A DNA stretch of 20,414 bases from Archangium sp. (GTDB taxonomy: Bacteria; Myxococcota; Myxococcia; Myxococcales; Myxococcaceae): NCBI GenBank assembly GCA_031367385.1, contig JANLPS010000398.1, forward strand, positions 1 through 20,414, written 5' to 3'. A program made the position numbers and the translations under genes. The notes under the pieces are model-generated. The model saw only the letters and a program-made list of their open reading frames with translations. It made no database searches and was not told the DNA's origin. Shown one piece after another: positions 15,234 to 20,414 of the stretch; positions within the stretch are counted from its first letter, which is position 1; every line of letters begins with the position of its first letter.

Positions 15234-16172
15234 TCACGCACAGACCGTCGCCTCGATGAGAGACCACGCTCCCTCGGGTAGGCAGAAGGGTGACGGCGCG
15301 GCCATTGCTCTTTGCAGCGAGGCGAAGGCCGACTCGTCGAGGCCGACGAGCGTGTCGGGCCGCAGCGACGCCAGCCGCAGCGCCGACCCGGTGTGGGTCG
15401 CCCGCAACGCTTCGAGCTCGGCGCGGTTGGCGGGCAGGCGAATCTGAGGGTGCGTCTGGTCGAGAAAGTAGCGCCGTGAGTTGAAGCGACCACCCTTCTC
15501 TTCAGCGAACGCCTGCCGCATGAGGTCGGGTGCGGTTTCGAGGTTGAGCCGGAGCGCCACCGCCAGCGCCGTCGCGCGCAGGCCGCCGTACGAGCGAACC
15601 TCATTGGCCATTCGCTCGAACAGCAGCGGAGCGCGATACATCTGCTCGGCATCGGGGTGCACCGCGATCACCAAGTCTTGCACGTCGAGCAGCTGCGCCG
15701 CGGTCAACCACATGGCTTTGTAGATGAGCATCGCCAGGCCTTGTGCCCGCTCTCCGCGCTTGACCGCGAGGGCGCCTACTTCAGCGATGCGACGCCCCTG
15801 GGCACGCAGGGCCGTGACCTCTTGGGTGAACGTGCCCTCCATCGGCAGCCCCAGCTCAGAGTCACGAATGAGCGCCATCGTGCCGACGACTTCTCCTCGC
15901 CGCTTGGCGATGAAAACGATGGTCGAGGGCAGCATGAGGTACGGCGTCACCCGGAGCGGCACTCCTTGGAGGTCGACCAAGCGCTTCGCGTGGTAGGCCT
16001 CGAAGGTGAGCTCGGCTGCTCGTTGCAGCAGGTGCGGCGTGTCAGCCACCGTCACTTCGATGTCATCGGGGGCGTTGCCGTTCAGCATCTTCAAGATGAG
16101 CGCGTGTTGGGCGCGCTGGGGCAAGACCCGCAAGAGCGTTCGGCGCAGCAGTGAGGCGAGCTTAACTGTCAT
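15234..16172 (-). CDS. FeeM-like N-acyl amino acid synthase (GNAT-fold acyltransferase)
   Basis: Motifs AAELTFEAY, VVGTMALIRDSELGLPME, LRAQGRRIAEVGALAV and DLVIAVHP..MY..LLFE. ATG at 16172 overlaps the FHA gene end by 11 nt. Confidence 0.82.
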   Translation of the reverse strand: MTVKLASLLRRTLLRVLPQRAQHALILKMLNGNAPDDIEVTVADTPHLLQRAAELTFEAYHAKRLVDLQGVPLRVTPYLMLPSTIVFIAKRRGEVVGTMALIRDSELGLPMEGTFTQEVTALRAQGRRIAEVGALAVKRGERAQGLAMLIYKAMWLTAAQLLDVQDLVIAVHPDAEQMYRAPLLFERMANEVRSYGGLRATALAVALRLNLETAPDLMRQAFAEEKGGRFNSRRYFLDQTHPQIRLPANRAELEALRATHTGSALRLASLRPDTLVGLDESAFASLQRAMAAPSPFCLPEGAWSLIEATVCA

Positions 16173-16716
16173 GGGTGAGCACCCGCAGTGATTGCAGCTG
16201 AAGCGCCAAGGTTGGGCTCGAGACGAAGACCAATTGGGCCTCACCCAGCGCGATGGTGTCGCCGTCTTGCAGCTCGCACTCGCCGGCGAAGGGTTGGGTG
16301 TTGATGTAGGTGCCGTTGAGCGAGCCCTGGTCTCGCAGCCAGTACCGTTCGCCTGACCAGCGCAGCACCGCATGGCTTCGCGACATCGACGCGTCACCGA
16401 TGGTCAGCGAGGCCTCGTGCGAGCGGCCGATCACGAGCCGGCCGCTCTGGGCCTTGGGCAAGAACGAGACCTGCATTTCGGGGAAGGCGCGCAGCAGCGC
16501 CAGGGTGCGCTCGACCAGCCGCAGGATCGGCGAAGAGACCGTTCTGAGCGCGCTCATGGTGAAGAAGGCGCGCTCGACGATTGGAGCCGCGGGCAGAAAC
16601 AACAGCGCCGCGGGGCCCAAGATGCGGGCCACGTCGACCTCTGGGGGCCGCAGCAGGTCCTTGACGAGAATTGGTCGGGGTTGCGTGCCGCCCTGCTCCA
16701 ATATCGGTAGCTCCAT
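16162..16716 (-). CDS. FHA domain-containing protein
   Basis: Canonical FHA residues: VIGR, SMSRSHA, LRDQGSLNGTYIN, LQDGDTIALG. ATG at 16716. Confidence 0.9.
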   Translation of the reverse strand: MELPILEQGGTQPRPILVKDLLRPPEVDVARILGPAALLFLPAAPIVERAFFTMSALRTVSSPILRLVERTLALLRAFPEMQVSFLPKAQSGRLVIGRSHEASLTIGDASMSRSHAVLRWSGERYWLRDQGSLNGTYINTQPFAGECELQDGDTIALGEAQLVFVSSPTLALQLQSLRVLTHDS

Positions 16717-17003
16717 GACTCTGTTCCCGGAGCCTCTGGTTTTCCTTCCCTCCTTTGCACAGCGCCTTGCACAAGAATTGTTGCAACGGTTTGCGGCTCG
16801 CCTGAACCAGAACTCGATTCTCGTGGGGAGGCTTTGGCCCGTCGGAGGCAAGGAGTGGCATGCCGCTCACTCCGCGACTCCCCGTACAGCCCGAACGCGA
16901 CGACCCTTCGACGTCGCTCCGGGCCCCGTCGATGAGCGCGCTGCACCAGCCCAGCGTCGCGCGTTGGCTGCTCGGCGCGGCGTCAGACTGGGCCGCCTCG
17001 AAG

Positions 17004-18023
17004 CTAGCCCCGGGTTCGCCGCAGCTGGTTCGCCGCGGCCTTGAAGAAGCCCTGAGCGGCGTTGGTGATTGAGCCTGCTTCGGTTCGAACGCCGCGAAAG
17101 TAATCGAGGCCGTAGCTCAAGGTGGCGCCCATGATGGCGACCTTTTCGAGCACCGGGTGCGCGGCGCGACGTTCATCGAGCTGGTGGGCGACCTCATAGG
17201 CAGCCCGAGACAGCACCTGACCCACCGGCGGAGCGGCCGCGCTGAGCAGGAGCAACGCCCGCGAGACCGGGTTGACCAAAAACAGAAAATGCCAGGGGTC
17301 GGCGTCGTAGAGCTCGGGGTGCTTTCGAAAGATTCGCGAGTCGTAGACGCCGTACAGGTAATTGCGGCGCCGCCACACGCTCAGGTCGGTGTGATCGCTT
17401 CGGTTGGTGGTGCGGGCGGCGGGGGCGAAGGTCAGCTTGGCTCCGGCTTTTTGCATGCGCACGCCGAGCTCGCGGTCTTCTGAACGGTCGAGCGACTTAT
17501 CGAAGCCGCCCACCGCCAAATAGTCAGCGCGCCGAAACGAGACGTTGCCGGTGCAGACCATCACGCCCCGAACATCGGTGGGGTGCTCGGTATAGCGGGC
17601 GACGAAGCGGGCGAGCTGCTGCGCGTGAAAGCGCTCGAACAGCGGCTTGTGCCCGAGCGACTCGTCGGAGGCGATCTGGCCCAGCACGAGGGTGAACCCG
17701 TTGTCGTGAGCCTTGACGTGCTCGGCCACGAATTCAGGCGGCACCAGCATGTCGTCGTCGGTGATGATGATGATCTCGCCGGTCGCCTTGACGATGCCGG
17801 CGTGGCGAGCGGCGGCGGCTCCACCGTTGGCCTGGGTGACAATCACCAGTGGGTACGGCAGTTTGAGCTTCTTGAGCACCGGCTCGACCGGCACCGCGGA
17901 CCCGTCGTCGACGACGATGACCTCGAAGTCTTTGAAGGTCTGCACCGCCAGCGCTCCGAGAAGCTCTTGGAGCAGGTCGAGCCGGTTGAAGGTCGAGATC
18001 ACGACACTGACGCGCGCAGCCAT
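17004..18023 (-). CDS. Glycosyltransferase family 2
   Basis: Motifs VSVVISTFNR, EVIVVDDGS, NGGAAAARHAG, IIITDDDM (DxD), TGNVSFRR, VGGFD and SEDRELG. Confidence 0.93.
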   Translation of the reverse strand: MAARVSVVISTFNRLDLLQELLGALAVQTFKDFEVIVVDDGSAVPVEPVLKKLKLPYPLVIVTQANGGAAAARHAGIVKATGEIIIITDDDMLVPPEFVAEHVKAHDNGFTLVLGQIASDESLGHKPLFERFHAQQLARFVARYTEHPTDVRGVMVCTGNVSFRRADYLAVGGFDKSLDRSEDRELGVRMQKAGAKLTFAPAARTTNRSDHTDLSVWRRRNYLYGVYDSRIFRKHPELYDADPWHFLFLVNPVSRALLLLSAAAPPVGQVLSRAAYEVAHQLDERRAAHPVLEKVAIMGATLSYGLDYFRGVRTEAGSITNAAQGFFKAAANQLRRTRG

Positions 18024-18096
18024 GCTCTGGTCTGTACTCCACCGGGAGACCGGGCGTCGAGTCGAGTCTGCCGGCTGAGTGTGACATTGTGCGCGC

Positions 18097-18693
18097 ATGA
18101 AAAACCCGCTCAGGGCCTTCGTGGCGTCAGTGCGCGCCGATTTCGGGACGACTCAGCGGTATCGCGAGAAGTACCACGGCGAGAAGATCTCACTGGCGCG
18201 CCTGCCGATCGATGCGGTGCGAAAAATCGGGTTTCAGATGCTGGTGGCCACCCGGCTGATGCGGCTGACCCGCGACGCCGGGCTGCCGATCGTGCCTCAG
18301 GTGGCCAGCCGGTTGATTCGGCACCTCTACGGCGCCGAAATTCACTGGGACGCCGAGCTCGCCGACGGGGTGAGCGTGGTGCACGGCAATGGGTTGGTGA
18401 TCAGCCACCGGGCCAAAATCGGGCCAGGCGTGATTTTATTTCAAAACGTGACACTCGGCGAAGCCCTTGACCCCGAGACCAAGCAGAGCGGCGCTCCGAC
18501 GCTGGGGCGAGATGTGCACGTGGGGCCGGGCGCGACGTTGCTCGGGCCGATTCACGTCGGAGATGGGACGAAGATCATGGCGGGCGCGGTGCTCACGCAC
18601 TCGGTACCGGCGAACTCGCTGGTCAAGCCGGCCGAGTCGCAGGTGACGCAGCGTGCGGCGGGGGCGAAGGTGAAGGTGGTTCGCAGCGAATGA
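18097..18693 (+). CDS. Serine O-acetyltransferase-like hexapeptide-repeat acetyltransferase (probably a polysaccharide acetyltransferase)
   Basis: Left-handed beta-helix motifs YGAEIHWDAELADG, VHGNGLVI, ILFQNVTLG, PTLGRDVHVGPGATLLG and IMAGAVLTHSVP. Short N-terminus; divergently transcribed from the GT2. Confidence 0.85.
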   Translation: MKNPLRAFVASVRADFGTTQRYREKYHGEKISLARLPIDAVRKIGFQMLVATRLMRLTRDAGLPIVPQVASRLIRHLYGAEIHWDAELADGVSVVHGNGLVISHRAKIGPGVILFQNVTLGEALDPETKQSGAPTLGRDVHVGPGATLLGPIHVGDGTKIMAGAVLTHSVPANSLVKPAESQVTQRAAGAKVKVVRSE

Positions 18694-18714
18694 CGGGTGG
18701 GGTGACCGGGTTTG

Positions 18715-20412
18715 TCAGGGTCCTTCGAGTCCCTCAGGACGAACGGTGGTTCCCGGCGACGACCACCAGGTGCGGAGCTCGTCGAGGCGCCCGAAGCGCT
18801 TGGCTGGGGGCAGGCTGTCGAGAAACACCTTGCCGTAGCGCTTGGTGATCAGCCGCACGTCACCCAACGCGACGATGCCTCGATCTGAACGCGTTCGAAT
18901 CAACCGGCCAAAGCCCTGCCGCAACGAGAGCGCCGCCTGCGGCACCTGATACTCGTCGAAGGCCGCCCCACCCCGGGCCTTGACCGCCTCGATGCGCGCG
19001 GCTTGCAACGGCTCGCCAGGCGGCGCGAAGGGCAACCGGTCAATCACCACCAAAGACAGCGCGTCACCGGGCACGTCGATGCCTTCCCAGAAGCTCTGCG
19101 AGGCGAACAGCACCGAGGGCTGCGCATGAAACGCTTCGAGCAACGCCCGCCGTGAATCGTCACCTTGCTTGAGCGCTGGCACGCCCAGGTGCGGCGCCAG
19201 CAGCGCGTGCACCTCGTCCATGTGGCGCAGTGAAGTGAACAACACGAAGGCCCGCCCGCCGGTCATTCGCACCAGCTGCAGCACCTCGCGAGCGAAGGCA
19301 CGGGTCCACTCCGGGTTGGTGGGCTCGGGCAGGTGCCGGGGCACGTACAGCGCGGCCTGCGAGGCGAAATCGAACGGCGAATCGACGCGCAGGCTCTCCC
19401 ACTTCTTTTTACCGAGCCCGAAGCGCTCGACGACGTAATCGAAGCTCGCCTCTTGACCGTCGCGCACGTTGGTCAGCGTGGCCGAGGTGAAGATCACCGA
19501 ATCAACCGAGTCGTACAGATGTTTGGCCAGCGATTCGCCGACGTCGATGGGCGCCGCCCGCAACGCCAGCGAGCGCCCGCGGGTCTCGGCCCAGAATACC
19601 TGAGCGGGGTCATCGGCGCGCACGATGATGTCGAGGCTCTCTGCGAATTCGACGGCCCTCCGATGCATGGCGCCCAGGTCGGAGTCGTCTTCAGGGCACA
19701 AGGCTGCCAACGCGCCCACCGTCTCGAGCAGCGCACTGGCCTGGGGCAGCACGTCGAGCAGGCTCTGGGGGCCCAAGCGCACGTCGCCTCCGGGAAATTG
19801 GCCGAGGCGCAGTGCCTGCGCCGACGCAGTGAACAGGGCATCGCCGCGATTCTTCAAGTTGAGCGCGAGGGCCGACAAGGCGTTGGCTCGAACGTCGGTG
19901 CCCTTGAGCGCCTTGAGCGTGTCTTGCGAGAGCGAATTGACCTTGGCCGGGGAGATCGAGCGCCCGAAGTGTTCAGTGGCCACGTCTTCGAGCGCGTGCG
20001 CTTCGTCGAAGACCACCGCGTCGTAGGGCGGTAAGACGCCGAGCGCTGCTTCACCTCCGCGCACCCGCACCGAGAGGTCGGCGAAGAAGAGCGCATGGTT
20101 CACCACCACCACCTGGCAGTCTTCGGCGTGGCGGCGGGCCTTGGTGACGAAACAGGTCTCGTAGAGTGGGCACTTGCTGCCCAGGCACGCGTCAGACGTG
20201 GTCGAGACCAGAGGCCAGGCGCTCCATTGGTCGGGCAAGCGGGTCTCGGCGCGGTCGCCCGACTCGGTCGAGTAGGCCCAGTCGCGAAAGCGCTGCCAGT
20301 GGGTGGCGTCTTCGGGCGTGGCGAACATCGGCGATTTCTCGAAGGCTTCGAAGCGATGCGCGCACAGGTAATTGGTGCGACCCTTGAGCAGCGCGGCGCT
20401 GAAGTCGAGCCC
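18715..20412 (-). CDS. dinG: ATP-dependent DNA helicase, DinG/YoaA family (5'-partial; continues beyond the window)
   Basis: Frame is open to the window edge (...LKGRTNYLC...). Fe-S Cys (LC; CLGSKCPLYETC), VVVNHALF, DEAH, TSATL, SPFD, LFTS, SFWEGID, RLPF and QGFGRLIR. Confidence 0.95.
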   Translation of the reverse strand, partial: GLDFSAALLKGRTNYLCAHRFEAFEKSPMFATPEDATHWQRFRDWAYSTESGDRAETRLPDQWSAWPLVSTTSDACLGSKCPLYETCFVTKARRHAEDCQVVVVNHALFFADLSVRVRGGEAALGVLPPYDAVVFDEAHALEDVATEHFGRSISPAKVNSLSQDTLKALKGTDVRANALSALALNLKNRGDALFTASAQALRLGQFPGGDVRLGPQSLLDVLPQASALLETVGALAALCPEDDSDLGAMHRRAVEFAESLDIIVRADDPAQVFWAETRGRSLALRAAPIDVGESLAKHLYDSVDSVIFTSATLTNVRDGQEASFDYVVERFGLGKKKWESLRVDSPFDFASQAALYVPRHLPEPTNPEWTRAFAREVLQLVRMTGGRAFVLFTSLRHMDEVHALLAPHLGVPALKQGDDSRRALLEAFHAQPSVLFASQSFWEGIDVPGDALSLVVIDRLPFAPPGEPLQAARIEAVKARGGAAFDEYQVPQAALSLRQGFGRLIRTRSDRGIVALGDVRLITKRYGKVFLDSLPPAKRFGRLDELRTWWSSPGTTVRPEGLEGP

Positions 20413-20414
20413 GA

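Noticed and set aside
11638..18470. Long alternative ORFs (11638..12894, 14248..15030, 16310..17044, 17583..18470)
   Set aside because: Antisense shadows of well-supported genes, expected in high-GC DNA; no motifs.
18097..18693. Assignment as housekeeping cysE
   Set aside because: The N-terminal helical region is short and atypical, and the GT2 context favours a polysaccharide acetyltransferase, so the symbol is withheld.

Overview
GC-rich bacterial DNA whose gene content suggests Myxococcota (inference from the many lipoproteins with D-[AGS]-G and poly-Gly linkers, an MtsD/CglB-like vWA protein and an FHA protein). It holds about 17 well-supported CDSs. The left half is rich in lipoproteins and surface proteins: two paralogous BNR/Asp-box propeller lipoproteins, a Phi-1/EXORDIUM-like lipoprotein, a His-tailed EamA transporter, a PQQ sugar dehydrogenase fused to a diheme cytochrome c, a degenerate vWA lipoprotein, a membrane-anchored OmpA-domain protein and a Cys-rich lipoprotein. 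The right half is envelope/acyl-metabolism-like: a coupled pair resembling exosortase-A-associated hydrolases 2 and 1, a divergent PPK2, an FHA gene overlapping a FeeM-like N-acyl amino acid synthase, a GT2, a hexapeptide acetyltransferase and a partial DinG/YoaA helicase. The most unusual element is non-coding. At 9411-9920 lie two diverged tandem copies (offset 279 bp) of a ~220-230 bp unit with conserved flanks. Each folds into a ~140-nt rod-like hairpin whose central stem differs in sequence between copies but stays paired through compensatory changes, making it a candidate structured RNA or ssDNA element of a family I do not recognise. No rRNA, tRNA, CRISPR array, transposase, integrase or reverse transcriptase was seen. 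All family calls are from motif recognition, not database searches.
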